Shown piece after piece: positions 26,708-41,090 of a stretch of 64,000 nt of DNA; positions within the stretch are counted from its first letter, which is position 1; each line of letters begins with the position of its first letter. Both the position numbers and the translations under genes were made by a program. The notes under the pieces were generated by a model, which was not told where the DNA came from, ran no database searches, and saw nothing but the letters and a program-made list of their open reading frames with translations. The DNA comes from Takakia lepidozioides (taxonomy: Eukaryota > Plantae > Bryophyta): NCBI GenBank assembly GCA_030704615.1, contig CM060733.1, forward strand, positions 70,060,001-70,124,000, given 5' to 3'.

Positions 26708-29700
26708 CACTACAACAGATCGCGGTATATCTGACTGCCGAGCCGTGGTAGTCATGGTTTTTCTGACTTTGACCATGACTTCCCTGTATTTTTGGATCAA
26801 ATGGGGCTTCACGTAGTCGTTGAAATGACTATGTGACTATGTAGTCCTCTGGGCGACTACTTTGGTAGACGTCGTCATGACTGCATGGCTCCGCACTAGA
26901 GGGATGGTTGGTCAACGATGGTTGACCAGCGCGAGCTCACCACCAAATAGTCGACAGAATGACTTCTAGTGCAAGCCTGGTAGCCAAAAGGTTAATTTTT
27001 TTTTAAAAATTGCTTATAGGGTTGCGCATGAGAAGGTTGGGACTTAGTTTTTTTTTTTTTTTTTCTCCTATGCGGTTTCTTAGTATCGAGCTGTTGTGTT
27101 GGGTCATGGAACGCAATGATCGCTGGATAGGGGCGTGGGATGGAGGCTTTGCAGACCTATTCTTGAGCTACTGATGCAGGAAGGGGCGAAGCGCAATTTG
27201 CACCGCAATCGCAATGGGCTCTTGGCTCCTGTTAGTACCATGATTTGGTATTCTTCCTGATGTTTACAAGGTTATTGGGAGAGAGAGCTTGGTCTTAGCA
27301 GTCCATGTTTCAATTGATGCCCGCTCAGCTGCACCGTGGTGGTTCTCACAGACCAATACGACATTACCTGACTACAGACACAAGCAACACACACAAGAGG
27401 TCCTATTGTGTTCATGGTCAGTCAAATCCTCCATGGGTCATGACACAAAGGTCGAGGACAATGTGGTGAGGGCACCTTCTTCTTCGACCTATTTCAGCCT
27501 GTTTTGACCTCTCATCAGACTCGGCCCTGAATTTCTTCACGATGGTGGGACAACCGCAATCACAAGGTGTGGCTTTTTCTTAATGTACCATGTAAAGTTC
27601 TAAGTTAGTCCATCCTGCAAATGTGGGCTCTTGGCTCTTGTTATGATTTGGTATTCTTCCTAATGTTTACAAGGTTCTTGGGAGAGTCAGCTTGGTCTTA
27701 GCAAGCTGCGTTTCAATCTCTGCCAGTTCAGTTGTGGAAATTGCAACAGCGGCACAATTGATAAAATCTGGCACTGCTACTCAAGGTACCTTCTTCAATA
27801 CATTTCACCCTGTTTTCTCCTCTTATCAGAATCGGCCCTAAATTGGTGAGGGCACCTTTTCTTCAACCTGTTTAAGTCTGTTTTGCCCTCTCATCATTAG
27901 GGTTGGGGTGTTTGCTGGAAGAGGGCCGGATTTCAAGCACAAGATTACCTATGATTCCCTGTGGATCCATTGCTACAAGAAACCTGCATGGGTAGATGGT
28001 GAACTGGAAGCCGCAGCAGCAGCGGCACAATTGATAAATTAGGCACTGCTAATGAAGGCAACCTTCTTCAACACATTTCACCCTATTTTCCCTTCTTATC
28101 AAAATCGGCCCTAAATTTTCAAGTTGAATTTCTGTAAGTTACTGGTTGAGTGAACCTTTGATAGTTTGCAGTGTGTGCAGGCCTGGCAGCTCTGGAGAAG
28201 GGCAAAGAGGTCCACGGCAACATTGTCAGAGCTGCAATTATACCACACGTCATTCTTAACAATACCCTCGTGGACATGTATGAAGGGAGTGTTTGACAGT
28301 ATGCTTGAACAAGATGTGGGTGTCGTGGAGTGCGATGCTTGCAGGATATGCACAGTTACGGCGTGGATGGAGGCTTTTGAGAACTATGACCAAATGATGT
28401 GCGAAAGGGAGAAGCCCAACCACTTTACATTCGTTTGTGTTTGCAATGTGTGTGTAAGCCTAGGAGCTCTAGGAAAGGGGAAAGAGGTTCATGGTGACAT
28501 CATCAAAGCTGAATTTGTACCAGATGTCATTATGAACACTGCCCTGGTGGACATGTATGCCAAATGTGGGTGCAACAAGCCTGATGCAAAGGGGGAGTTC
28601 GACAATATGGCTGAACGAGATGTGGTGTTTTGGAATGCCATGATTGCAAGGTATGGGATGGCAAGGCATGGGTATGGGATTAAGGCTCTGGAAACCTAAG
28701 AGCAAATGATGTGGGAAGGGATGAAGGCAGACCGGGTCATGTTCATTTGTGTTTATAATATGCATATGTGAGCTTAGCAGCCCTGGGAATGGTCAAAGAG
28801 GTTCATGGTGACATTATCAAAGTTGGAATTGTATCAGATGTCATTCTGAACCTTCCCCTGGTGTACATCTATGCTCACCAAGTGTTCAATAGAATCCCTC
28901 AACGATCTTTGATCATGTGGAATATAATGTTGGCAGGATTTACCAAGCATGGGTTGGTAGGAATGCTTTGGAGACCTATGAGCAAATGTTGCGCGAAGGG
29001 TTGAAGCCCAACCGCATCACATTTGTTTGTGTTTGCAATGCGTATGCAAGCCTGGGAGCGTTCTGTTGTAGTGAATACTTTTCTGACCCCAGTCAACGGT
29101 GGGACAATCAAGGCAAAAAAGGTGAATTCCTATTGGATTATAGAGAGTAGAAGATGCAATTGAGCATAGGAACTAGTGTGATAAGTTGAGTTGGGTGTTT
29201 CCTAGAACAATTCGAGGCTTTCATTATCAGCTGCTAGCAGCAAGGCAAGGGTGAATGCATGATTTTGGTAGAGGCATGGATAGCTAAAGGAGCAGGGATA
29301 GAGTGTGGGTCCAAATTCATTGAAGAGGGCCGGACTTCAAGATCCTATGATTCCCTGTGGATCAATAGCTACTAGCAACCTGCATGGATAGATGGTCAAT
29401 TGGAAGCTGCAGCAGTAGTGGTGGAATTGATAAATCAGGCACTACTAATGAAGGCACCTTCTTCAACACATTTCACCCTGTTTTTCCTGCTTATCAGAAT
29501 TGACCCTAAGTTTCCATGTTGAATTCTGCATGCTAGCTGGTTGAGTGAACCTTGACTTGACATGATACTGCCAATGTGACAATAGGAAAGCATCCAGAAA
29601 CAGGTAACAGAGATGAGGAGAAGCTGTGGAATGAATACTTTTCTTACCCAGTCAATGGTGGGACAATCCAGGCAAGAAGGTGAATGTCTGTCTGATTCTA

Positions 29701-31198
29701 GAGAGTAGCGGATGCAATTGAGCATAGGAACTAGTGTGATAAGTTGAGTTGGGCGTTTCCTAGAATAAATCTAGGCTGTCATCGTCAGCTGCTAGCAGCC
29801 AGGCAAGGATGTATGCATGATTTATGCATAGGCATGGATAGCTGAAGGAGCAGGGATAGAGTGTGGGTCCAGATTCATCCAAGAGGGCTAGAAAGAGGTC
29901 CATGGTGACATCGTCAAAGCTGGAATTGTACCGGATGTCATTCTGAACACTGCCCTGGTGACATATATGCCAAATGTGGGTGCACTAAGGATGCGAAAGG
30001 GAGTTTTCAACACTATGGCTGAACGAGATGTGGTGTCATGGAACGCGATGCTTGCAGGGTATGCACAGCAAGTCGGACGTGGTATGGAGGCTTTGGAGAC
30101 CTATGATCAAATGATGGTGGAAGGGGGTGAAGCCTGACCACATCACATTTTTGTGCATTTGCGATGCATGTGTAAGCCTGACAGCTCTGGAAAAGGCACA
30201 AAAGTCCATGGCAACATTGTCAGAGCTGGAATTTTACCAAATGTCATTCTAAACAATACCTTTGTGGACATATACATGCAAAATGTGGGTGCACCCTATC
30301 CTGCTAATTTGTTGTTATGCTGGAACAGTAGCAAACGTAGAAGGCATACGCATTTTACATCTGTTGTTATCAGTGGCATATGTAGTGTCATTTGCACTTG
30401 TCATACTATTGTTTTTGAGGAGCAGATTTTGGGACTCAGGTGCTATATTGTAAATTTGACTGGCAGCAGTTTAAGAGAAGCTCTTACAATCTACTGTTGT
30501 ATTTATGTTCTTTCCTGTGATTCTTGCCTGTGAATAAAGCATTCATTTGCAGAGTCATTTTTTGTGTCTTTGTTCTTCCCTTTGTTCTTCTCTTTGTTTA
30601 GTATTGAATATACTAACCCTAACTGACTAACCCTAATGAGATAAGCATAGTCGTGGCTCTGCCTGTCCAATACATTTAAAAGTTCAAAACAACCCTCATA
30701 TGACACCAACGTGTCCATATATCAACATGTCATAGTCAGGATCATGACTGCAAGACCTCCTCAATACATGCCACGTGTCCACATATTAGGATGTTTGTAG
30801 TCATGACAATGACTGCAAGACCTCCTCATTATATGCCACGTATCTATATATTAGCATGGTTGTAGTCAGGATAATGACTGCAGATCCTCCTCATGGATAT
30901 GCCACGTGGCAGTTTCGGGAGACGTCATATGGCGCGCACATCCACAAAACCTCCTGGACTTATTAGAAAGAAACACGTGTACAATTTGCAGCAGCACACT
31001 AAGTCATGTATGGTAGAAGTACGTATGACTGCCACATGACAGTGAGATGTATCACTTGGTTCATCTGACTGCAGTCATCCATGACCGACCATACTGTACT
31101 CATTGTATTGACTTGGTTTGCACGACTTAAAGTCATAGAAGTCATATGTATCGTTTATGAATACGGGATAGTCATATATACCGCGATCTGTTGTAGTG
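26708..31198. mobile_element. Non-autonomous CACTA (Pack-type) element 1, ~4.5 kb, carrying PPR fragments
   Basis: Perfect 23-bp TIR CACTACAACAGATCGCGGTATAT; 3-bp TSD ATA (26705-26707 / 31199-31201); ATGAC/GTCAT subterminal repeats; no transposase seen. Confidence 0.95.
28150..30290 (+). pseudogene. PLS-class PPR fragments inside CACTA element 1
   Basis: PNHFTFVCVCNVC..GKEVHGDIIK..TALVDMYAKCG..ERDVVFWNAMI; further decayed units at 28770-29060 and 29890-30290. Confidence 0.9.
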
Positions 31199-31705
31199 AT
31201 AGGTGCGACCACCAGCAGGGGGGTGGTCGCAACAATTTTCTGTTTTTTAATATCTGCGACCACCAGCATGAGGGTGGTCGCAGCAGTTTTTTTTTTAAAA
31301 TAACATGCGACTTCCTCATTCGACCTGAAGCGGTCGCAGCATTGGATTATGGTTCGTCGAGCGTGTGAGGCTTGGAGGCTGGAGGGTATATAAGGTGGTC
31401 ATAATGCTCCTCACTTCTTTTGTGGCAAACACTTTTGTGATGAGTGAATGTTCTCTATTCTTTGAGCAAGAGTGTAAGCCCAAGAGGAGGGTGCGGACCG
31501 TTTGCTGTTGTGGCTTCCACCAGAGCCACTACAACAAATTGTCGAAAAGCACAATATTACATGGTGCATTGATCCACTTGGATTGATGCCGTAGTGTTGG
31601 GCCATCGCATTCTGTTCTAACTTCTATTGCTCTTGACAAATTTACCAAGTACACTAGTGTTCTTCGTTCAACCTTAAGTCTGTGGTTAGGGTTTTGGGTG
31701 TGAGG

Positions 31706-34660
31706 ATGAGGGAGGAGTGGATCCCTTGGTTCACCGTAGACCCGCACAAAAAGGACGGTGTTCAATGCAATCTCTGTGCATTGAAGCTGGCGGGTCGCAA
31801 AGATCGCATGTTATATCACCTCGGCTACAAAGATGGGAAGAATGCAGGGGTTAGTTTGTGCCCAAAAGCCTCAATGCAAGTGAAAGCCCACTTTGCCCAA
31901 TGTGGAGGCAATATCCCACCGTCTCTTGATGTGGCCGCAGCTTCTGAGCCAAACACTCCATGTTCGAATCAAAATGTCCCTTAGAGTTGTACCCAGGGGG
32001 ATTCTTGCGAGGCGTCTGCTGTTTGTGGAGAAGCCGGTGGGTCAGGAGCAACACCCGATTGTACGCCAACACTTGTACGGACCAGACCATTGAGGCAACA
32101 ATCAATGCAAGAAGGCTTAAATTTGTTGCACAGGAGGACTCTAGATAAGAAGTGGGCCCAATTTTTCTACGAGGCCAATATTCCGTTCAATGTCTCGAGG
32201 CTTCCTGCGTTTGTGGCTGCTGTCAAAGCCACGTCCGATTCCAAGTCCACATACACACCTCCGAGTTATCGCGATCTTCGCACATGATTGCTAGAAGAGA
32301 CTATGTCTGACCTCACCCAAAAGGTGAATGAAAAGACAGGTGATTCTCTCCGGAAATATGGAAGCACTATATGTGCGGACGGTTGGAGTTCTGTTACTAA
32401 TCGACCACTGTTCGATGTCATGCTGGTCTGTCCTGCGGGGGAACAATTTTTGGGATCCGTTGACACAAGCGAGGAGAGAAAAGATGCATGTTATCAAGCA
32501 GGGTTGTTGACGAGTTTCATCGATAAAATTGGAGCTGATAAAATTGTCCAAGTGTGCACGGACAATGCATCTAACATGGTTAATATGGCCAATATTTTGA
32601 TGGTACGATATCCCCATCTATATTACCAAGGGTGTGCTGTTCATATCTTTGATCTCATTTTGGAGGATTGGGGAAAAAAATCATGGATGAAACAACTAGT
32701 AAAAAGGACAAAGTCGGTTGTGATGTTCATTCGTACACATCACATCCCTCTGGCATTGTTTAGAAAGCATGAACCCAAATACAGCCTTAGGAACCCGGGT
32801 GAAACCCACTTTGCCACAAACTTTTTGATGGTGGATTGATTAGTGACTGTGAGGGCGGGTCTGGAGCAGGTGATCATTGACCCTCAATGAGATGCGTATG
32901 TGGGCACCTTACGCGACTCTCGTAAGTCCAAGTCTTTGAGCAAAAGTCGGAGGGTCCGTGCAATCATTCGTTCCGATGGTTTCTGGACGAAATGTGCAAA
33001 TTTTGTGTACATGGTGGAACCGGTGTTGATTGCTTTGCGGGAGTTTGATGGAAAACAACCAATAATGGATAAAACATGGTTGATATTGGAAAACCTTGAG
33101 AAGCACGTGCAATCCTTGAGGCGTCATCCATTTTCTATGGACGATGATTTGGCGGCAAGGACCGAGGATGCATTTTACGATCGCAAACGGATGGTTCGCA
33201 CGGACTTGCATTATGCCGGGGCCTTGTTGAATCCATTCTTGCTAGACAATACGGATTTGAGAGACGACGTGGATGCCAAAGCCGGGCTTGTACGGGTCAT
33301 CATGCAACTCGTGCCCTTGAACATGACAGAGCGAGTTTTGTCCGAGTACCAGTGCTTCTCGGATCGCCAGAATCCTTTCCATGACATGCCGGATCCAAAA
33401 GCAATGAACATGTTGCCACATGAATGGTGGGATCTGATTGGAGCTGGAGCAAAGACGTTAGCTCCCATTGCAAAGCGTATTCTTGCTCAAGTGTGCTCTA
33501 CCTCGTCCTGTGAGCGAAACTAGAGCAGTTACTCGTTTGTTCACAACAAGATTCGCAACAGGTTGAATCCTGCCAGGGCTGACAAATTGGTTTATGTCTA
33601 CACGAATTGTAGGCTACTACGAGAGAGGACAGCAATTGACGCATCTGCATGGTACGAGAAGAATCTGTTGTCTGAAAAATCTGCCTCAGAGGTCCAATCA
33701 AGCAGCAATGATGACACCGACGCCGTGAGGAACTCCGACTCCGACAGTTGGGATGGGTCCGATGATGTGGGCAATCCTCCACATGACCCATATGAATTTA
33801 ATGACAATGATGCTGCAATGCATCCATCCTTCGATGACCTTGTTATTGATGAACTGTGACATGGTGTCATCCCAATTGCGGACCCCCTTCCCCCAGTGGA
33901 GCACACTCTCAACAATGAAGTTGAGGTCAACTCTCCCTTACCACGAGTTCCACGGACTGCGGGAGATGTGCAAGTCGAATCGTCGGATGATGACAACCGG
34001 CCGTTGTCATTCCTTCACCGACATCGTGCCCCTGTGAACCGTGCTTCATCTCACGCCGCTCCATCTCATGTTTCTCTTTCTCAAGCCGGTCCATCCTATG
34101 CTGGTCCATCTAGTCTCTCTCCCCCTCATGTAATTCCTTCCATCGCTACTCCGATCCTGGGAGATGCTTCTTCTACTGTGGGACTTTTGCAAGTCGAACC
34201 ATCGGATGACGACGACCAGCCATTGTCGTTTCATCTGGCCCAACGACGTCCGCATGTGAACCGTGCTCCCTCGACCCTCGCTGGTCCATCTCATGCCCCT
34301 TCCTCTCATGTCGGCCTCTCTGATGTATGTGCGAGTAGCCTTCCTCATATGAGACCTGCTCCAAGGCCACCACGAAATCCGGGACAAGCCCAGAAACAGC
34401 AGAGAATTGTGCAACTTTTTGTTGGTGACCGACCTGTGAACAGGCCTGATACCCTAGATGGTATTCATGATAGAAGTGGAAATCGACCAAAGAGACAACT
34501 GAACGTACTCCGAGGACGGCCAGTTGCCTCTGGAAACGAAAGAATAGATGGAGATCATGATTCTAGCACTGATCATGGGAACGGGGGTGAAGTGAGTGGG
34601 GACGAAGATTTTGTACTAGGCGTGAGATCATACCATCGTCGTCGTGCTAGACAGAACTAG
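31706..34660 (+). pseudogene. hAT transposase (BED finger, DUF659-type core, dimerisation domain, low-complexity tail), interrupted only by in-frame stops
   Basis: W..F..VQCNLC..RMLYHL..C; FFYEANIPFN; ICADGWS; QVCTDNASN; CAVHIFDL; THFATNF; WWDLIG..AKRILAQVCSTSSCERN. ORF pieces 31682, 32090, 32288, 32900, 33563 and 33896 are all in one frame. Confidence 0.93.
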
Positions 34661-34954
34661 GTACAGCTATAACTTCTGTCACATGATGTGTAGTATGTTT
34701 CCATGGATATCCATGTTTCAGTTTGGGTACATGCATACGTGTACGGAAATAAAAATGGTGGAATATGTGTACCCAAGAAAGGGTTTGGTGGTTGTGCGCG
34801 TGTTTGTCTTTCGTCATTACCTTTACATTGTTGATTTCCTATTATGGTTTCGAAAGCCACAAAGGCCAGGTGCAGCTCCCAACATTCATCTTCCCCTTCA
34901 CAAATCCATGGGGAGTCGATACATTTTCATCTGCCTCTCCAAACACAGGTGCAG

Positions 34955-35505
34955 GGGGACCAACCTCCTGGTGGTCGCACCTATATTAAAAAAAAAAATT
35001 GTGCGACCACCAGTAACGGTCGTCGCAACTGTTAAAATTAAAAAAAAATGTTGCGACCACCCCCCTGCTGGTAGTCGCACCTATTTACTGATTTAATAGG
35101 TAGTAAGTTAGTACGTAGTAAGAGGGGGGGGTTCCCTTATATAGCCTCTCAGGGCGGTGGGACCCTTCTAGAAGCCCACCGACCCTGGGAGCCTTCTAGA
35201 AGGCCCTGGACACATGTCAACCCTACATGACTCCCTATTCTAAATTTAGCCAATTCCTCCATTCTTTTTTTGGACCCCCTCATCTCATTCCTCAATACAC
35301 GTGGCCTTCCTACATAGGCGCCCCACTCTAATTCCTGGGCCACAGTAATTCCTGGACCACTCTAGAATCAGGGCCCGAATGAAACTACTCTACATATTAT
35401 TTGTACCTATTTAACAAAAAGAAAAATGGTCCGACCACCCCCCTGCTGGTGGTCGCAGCTATTTAAAAATAGTGCATTCCGCGACCACCCCCTTGCTGGT
35501 GGGAC
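34955..35505. repeat. Internal TGCGACCACC palindrome copies flanking a ~300-bp TATA-containing segment
   Basis: Copies at ~34958, 35002, 35053, 35430, 35481; CCCTTATATAG at ~35134. Confidence 0.75.
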
Positions 35506-37070
35506 CTGTTGGACTGCGTTTCGCGTGCTCATGTTTTTTTTTTCATTCCGTTTTTTAATGGGGCGTGTAATGACTCCATATGCAACGTGCGTGCCAAATT
35601 TGGGAGCGATCAAAACTCATTTGGACCCAAAACCACAGTTTCTTGCCCCTTTTGCACTCCAAACTTGATTTGTGCTCTACTTCATGCACTCTTCATAAAA
35701 GAGTTCTGCAATAGTGAGCGAAGAGAATTTTTTTTTTTTGGGGCATTTTTTATTGGTCCAAATTTTGGCTGGGGAGTAGCAGTGGGATGCTTGAAGCTGC
35801 AGAACAAAATTGAGCCAAAAACAAAATCAATACGTGCCAGAAACCCCCACTGAAAGGCAGTGCAAACCTATTTATTGGCTTAAAATTAATTTAAATTCAA
35901 TTACATTCTGGAATGGCTTGGTGTCGATGGGGAGGCAAATGATTTATTTGTTTGTTGTATCTCCGCACATGTGTTGCACACATGTTCAAGCACATGCGGG
36001 CAAAAGAGGGGCTTCAACCACATCCGTTCAATGGGTGCAATAGCCGTGCACGCATTGCAGGATTTTTTTTTCGCAATGAACAAAAACCAGATGACAATTG
36101 AACGCCTCATTGGCCCATTGAACAAATTTTGATTGATCTCATATTACACTGGGACCTATCAGAGGGTACATTGAACACACTGGCCAAGTCTCAAAACGAA
36201 TGAAAATCATTTGGATGGGCAACCATCCGTTGGCCCATTGAACGAATTTCGATTGATCTCATATTACTCTGGGGCCTCTTCCATGATACATTGAACATAT
36301 TGGCCAAGTCTCAATCATTTGAATGGCCAACCATCCATTGAGCCATTGTATGAATTTCGATTGATCTGATATTAGTCCGGGAGCTGTGGGTGTCTCGAAT
36401 ATACTGGCAAAGTTTGGAAGCAAATAAAAATGATTTGGATGGGCAACCATCCGTTCACCCATTGAATGTATTCTGTTGGATCTTCTATTACTTTGGGACC
36501 TGTTGGGCTGCGTTTCGCGTGCTCATGTTTTTTTTTTTCATTCCATTTTTGAATGAGGCGTGTAATGACTCCATATGCAACGTGCATATGCCAAATTTGG
36601 GAGCGATCAAAATTCATTTGGACCCAAAACCACAGTTTCTTGCCCCTTTTGCACTCCAAACTTTGATTTGGCAAATGATTTATTGGTCTGTTGTGTCTCC
36701 GCACATGTGTTGCATACATGTTCAAGCACATGCGGGCAAAGGAGGGGCTTCAACCACAGCCATTCAATGGGTGCAATAGCCGTGCACGCATTGCAGGATT
36801 TCTTTTTCGCAATGAACAAAAACCAGATGACAACTGAACGCCTCATTGGCCCATCGAACAAATTTCGATTGATCTCATATTACACTAGGACCTATCAGAG
36901 GGTACATTGAACACACTGGCCAAGTCTCAAAGCGAACGAAAATCATTTGGATGGGCAACCATCCGTTGGCCCATTAAACAAATTTCGATTGATCTCATAT
37001 TACTCTGGGGCTTCTTCCATGGTACATTGAATATACTGGCCAAGTCTCAAAGCAAACCAAAATCATTTGG
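35500..37070. repeat. ~1-kb direct duplication inside the hAT element
   Basis: 35502-36310 versus 36495-37050 are nearly identical apart from a ~270-bp indel (e.g. gcgtttcgcgtgctcatg, caatgggtgcaatagccgtgcacgcattgc). Confidence 0.85.
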
Positions 37071-37609
37071 AGGCAAATGATTTATTCGTCTGTTCATTTA
37101 TTTGTGATTAATCGTTGATGGTGAAAAGGATAAACCAAAAGTTCCTTGATAAAAAAAAATTTGAATGATTTGAAATTTTGCCAGTATGTTCTACATGTCT
37201 CTTACATGGACCGGACAAGTATGAGATCAATCAAAAATGGTTCACAGGAGGAACCAATGGTTACTTGTGCCGATTTTTGAATGCTTTCAAACTTTGCCAT
37301 TGCATTGTACATGCCCTCTTAAAGGTACCGGACAAGTATGAGTTCGATTTAAAATATTGCAATGGGTGAACCAATGGTATCTTCATTCAGCAATTTTTGA
37401 TTGTTTTGAAACTTTGCCAGTAAATTGTACATGCCGTCAAACAGGTACCGAACAAGTATGAGGTCATTCAAAAATGGTTCAAAGGATGAACCTCGTATTT
37501 TCAAAAATTACGTAGACTATACAGTGGGTTGCACATTTAAGTTTTCGCAACTTGAGACCTTTGGCCTACTCCCTACGTTTCTAGCCTTTCTAGTCATCTT
37601 CATCTAGAT

Positions 37610-40096
37610 TTATTACTTCGTTGTCGTCATCTCCAGATGTTGATGAAGATGCTCCGGGTTTAGAGGATGTGCCTCCACCAGTACGGAGAGCTCGAGTGGT
37701 CAAAGATGGACCCAGTGTTGTGTGGTCCACCCTTGTCATCATGCGTAGCGTTCTAGGCGAGTGCTAACTCTCTTCCACATTTGCCAGAGCTGGATTTATC
37801 GCTCTTGCTACGGCTTCATGCAATTTTTCAATTAAATCCGATATGTTTGGAAGTGGCAAGAACACCCCTGGAATAGGGGCAACTTGGTCACGCCATGTGT
37901 TCTGCCAAAACTTTACAACACTCGTGATGGCAGCCTTGAAATTGTCCAACACCTCCTCCTGCTGGGGGTCTTTGCGCAACTCTAGAAATGGCCCTTCATC
38001 CCGACGAGGCACCCAGTACCTCTCATTCATATCATCCCAACGGATGCTAGCGGCCTCCAACTCCCTCAGAAATAGGTCTCTCCCAATCAGTTCGCGATTG
38101 TTTGGGTCGTTTTCCGCTGGCACCCACGGATCCTCAGGCAGTCAGAAGAATCTTTGTCTGGTACAGCTCCAATGCCCTCCCAAGTTCCGGCAAAAAAAAC
38201 TTCCTTTGGACTGGGTCCCGTATGCCTCTAGCACGCACGGTTATTTCCCAGTTGGATGTCACCCAAAAAGTCACCGGATCTTTAACCCTAGTTAACGTCT
38301 TAGCATCCAAGGCGTGCATCTCTCTTGGAGCATCCCATGTCATTGTCTCCCCCCAGTGCTGACAATTTAAAAAATCGTAAGGCGATACATCCAACGGCAT
38401 GTTGTACCGGTTGTACTCGTATCCCGTGGGCATATTGTCTTGCAACCCAAACAACTCGTAGAAACGTCGATAGATTGGTCCACGGCAGTCAGGGCATTGG
38501 CTGGCTTGCATGGCTGCCGATATGAGACATACGGGGTGGACCAAATGGCCACATGAACCAAACATATAGCATCCCTCCGGTCCGTAAGGGTTTAGGCACA
38601 TTGTGCACACCGTACCATCTGTTACCCATGACGCTGGATTGCTCCATGGTATCCACGTCCGTTCATCCTCATGAATGTCGGATGACATCCTCGGCCTGCT
38701 CTCCCACTCCTCCTCTACTTCCAAATCCCAGTTTATGCTCTTATTGGTATCGGAAATTGTATGCACTCAGTGCTCAAACATGACATCCACATCACCCCAT
38801 GTGGTGAATCCAGTGTATTTCGACGTGAATACATCACGCACAGTGTCGTGCCTTTGCAAATTAACAGAGATGTTATCTACACTTTGATTCGACAAAGGGT
38901 GTTGCACGTTGGAGGGAGGACAACGCTTCTTCTATCCGTATTTCCTGCCATGCCCATGTCACCCAATTCCGCCAATTCCCCTTCAACCATGGCCACGATC
39001 GGATTTGCATGACATTTGAGTACCGATATGCAACAGCCCCAGCTTGCTCGCGTTCCCCCACAAACTGCTCTAATTCTTGTTCCTGGGCCGATGTAATTTG
39101 CACGGCTGAACATTCCTCAGTTTCCACTATGGGGTCCTTCCTTTTTCTTGCCCTCTCCGCCGCAAGTCTTTCTTCCTCAACCCTCGCTGGGTCCAGTTCA
39201 GGCGTTTGCACTTCATTCCCATGCCCGATTGAGTCAACCCCGTCTATGACGCAGTCAATGTCCATTGGTGGCATATCCAAATGCGCCAATATGTCTTGCT
39301 CGTTGGTGATTGGCCTCGGGTCCTGAAGCACACCGCGTACGCTGTCGAGAGTCCCCAACCCCATTGTTTCCAGCAACTTCGCTATTTGCCAGCGTTGCAA
39401 ATGAACAATGTCTTGCAGGTCCTTGATGTGCTGTTCATGTGCAGCCAACTGTTCCTCCAACGGAAAGCGTACCTCGCCCCCCACCTCAAACATTGAAGGC
39501 CCGGTTGCGGAGACCTGTTGCGGCGTAAAATCTGGAGGTTGGTCTGTCTTTCCTTCTTCTTCCACCTCGTCGTTTCCATCCAATCGTATGATGTCTTGCC
39601 CCTGACGTATATACAAGTCTGGGATATCAGAGAACATGTATAGTCTAGTACGTTGTCTTGCAGTGGCAGTTTGCCAATCCACTGGTCGCAATAAAATCAA
39701 CTTTATGTACAACATGGCTGCAAATAAATACATGACCTTGTTGTTGACGAGCGGTTGACCCCACAATGTTGTATATACCTCCTCTGCCCTGTGGCGGAAA
39801 TGCGGATTAGCGCAGGAATGCAAGCTAGCTTGATTTTGTTTGGTTTGTGGATCATGCCTATCTCTGGGTCACAAACGATTTATGTGACACCAGTCCACAA
39901 ATTTCCTGCAATCACCAAGCGACCACCGCTGCCCCAACCTCCAAACTTCCCAACCTGGTTCTGCAAGAATGTTGGGGTCATTGTATATGTCCCAACAAAG
40001 TTCGCGCCTGGCCCCTTTCGGTTTTTTTTTGGGAGGTCCAGGTTCATTATCGTCATCCCTGGGATGACCTCCTCTGTCTTCCTCCTCCGCCATTTA
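37610..40096 (-). pseudogene. RING-finger (RING-H2-like) protein cargo gene with NLS and coiled coil, frameshifted
   Basis: Start MAEEED..PPKKKPK; pieces 39823-38873, 38766-38134, 38123-37764; RING CTMC-x13-CGH-x2-H-x2-C-x10-CPDC at ~38490-38610. Confidence 0.75.
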
Positions 40097-40519
40097 TGGC
40101 TCTGGCTTACCCCTACTCGACAGGTGATTGCTAAGAAAAATGTTCTCCCAACCCTCCTAAATCGTACCTAATCCTACTCCCTAAAGAATCCTCCCCAAGT
40201 ACTAGAGGCACGTGTCACTCCCTCCGCAGTTCTAAGTGATATGACGCAATGTGCAATGAAAAAAACGTGGGTGCCAGAGGAGGGCTTCCCGGGAGGTACT
40301 CAGCATCGATTTCGTAGGAACCAACGGCCCAAAATACCCCCCACCCGACCAATAGCACCCCTCTCCACTTGGACTCAATGACAAGGAATGCAACATCCCA
40401 TCGCCCACCAAGTCCTGGTGTGGAGAAAAGTGAGGGAGAGAATGGCCTCGAAGGCCTTATAAGCCCCCCCTCCACACTCGGGGCGCGCGCTGTCATCATG
40501 ACTGCGCACGCTAATAATA

Positions 40520-41090
40520 GCTGCGACCGCCAGCAGGGGGTGGTCGCATCATTTTTTCTTTTCTTTATTATGTGCGACCACCAGCAGGGGGGTGTCGCAG
40601 AAATTTTGTTTAAAACAAATAGGTGCGACCACCACCTGCTGGTGGTCGCACTATTTTCCTTTTCTTTAATAGATGCGACCACCAGCAGGGGGGTGGTCGC
40701 ATAATTTTCCGATTTTTTAATATCTACCAATAGTCAGTAGCTCAGTTGGTTAAGTGCACTGAGTGCGACCCGGACGATTCTGGGGTCAAATCTTGCTACT
40801 TGATGGGTGTGGTATGGTTCGTGGGTGGTGCCCCATTCCTACGCCTCATGGCACATAAATGAAAGAGGTTATTTTCTCATCTCACTACTGAGGGGCCTGA
40901 TTTGTGTGCTGTCGCTCCCAGGTGTTTCCCAAATATATATATATATAAATCTGCGACCACCAGCAGGGGGGTGGTCGCACCATTTATTTTAAGGTGCGAC
41001 CACCAGCAGGGGGATCCTCGCAGGGGGGTGGTCACATAATTTTCTTTTTTTTTAATATCTGCGACCACCAGTAGGGGGGTGGTCGCACCA
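40520..41090. repeat. TGCGACCACC palindrome arrays upstream of the RING gene
   Basis: Four copies at 40522-40701 and three to four at 40952-41087; TTATAA at 40457-40462. Confidence 0.9.
40732..40800 (+). other. tRNA-like (Pol III A/B box) relic within the palindrome array
   Basis: TAGCTCAGTTGGTTAAGTGC ... GGGGTCAAATC. Confidence 0.5.

Noticed and set aside
31527-31536. Third CACTA left end (CACTACAACA)
   Set aside because: Only a 10-bp match with no partner TIR, TSD or subterminal repeats.
40732-40800. Functional tRNA gene
   Set aside because: Acceptor and anticodon stems do not pair convincingly; kept only as a tRNA-like relic.
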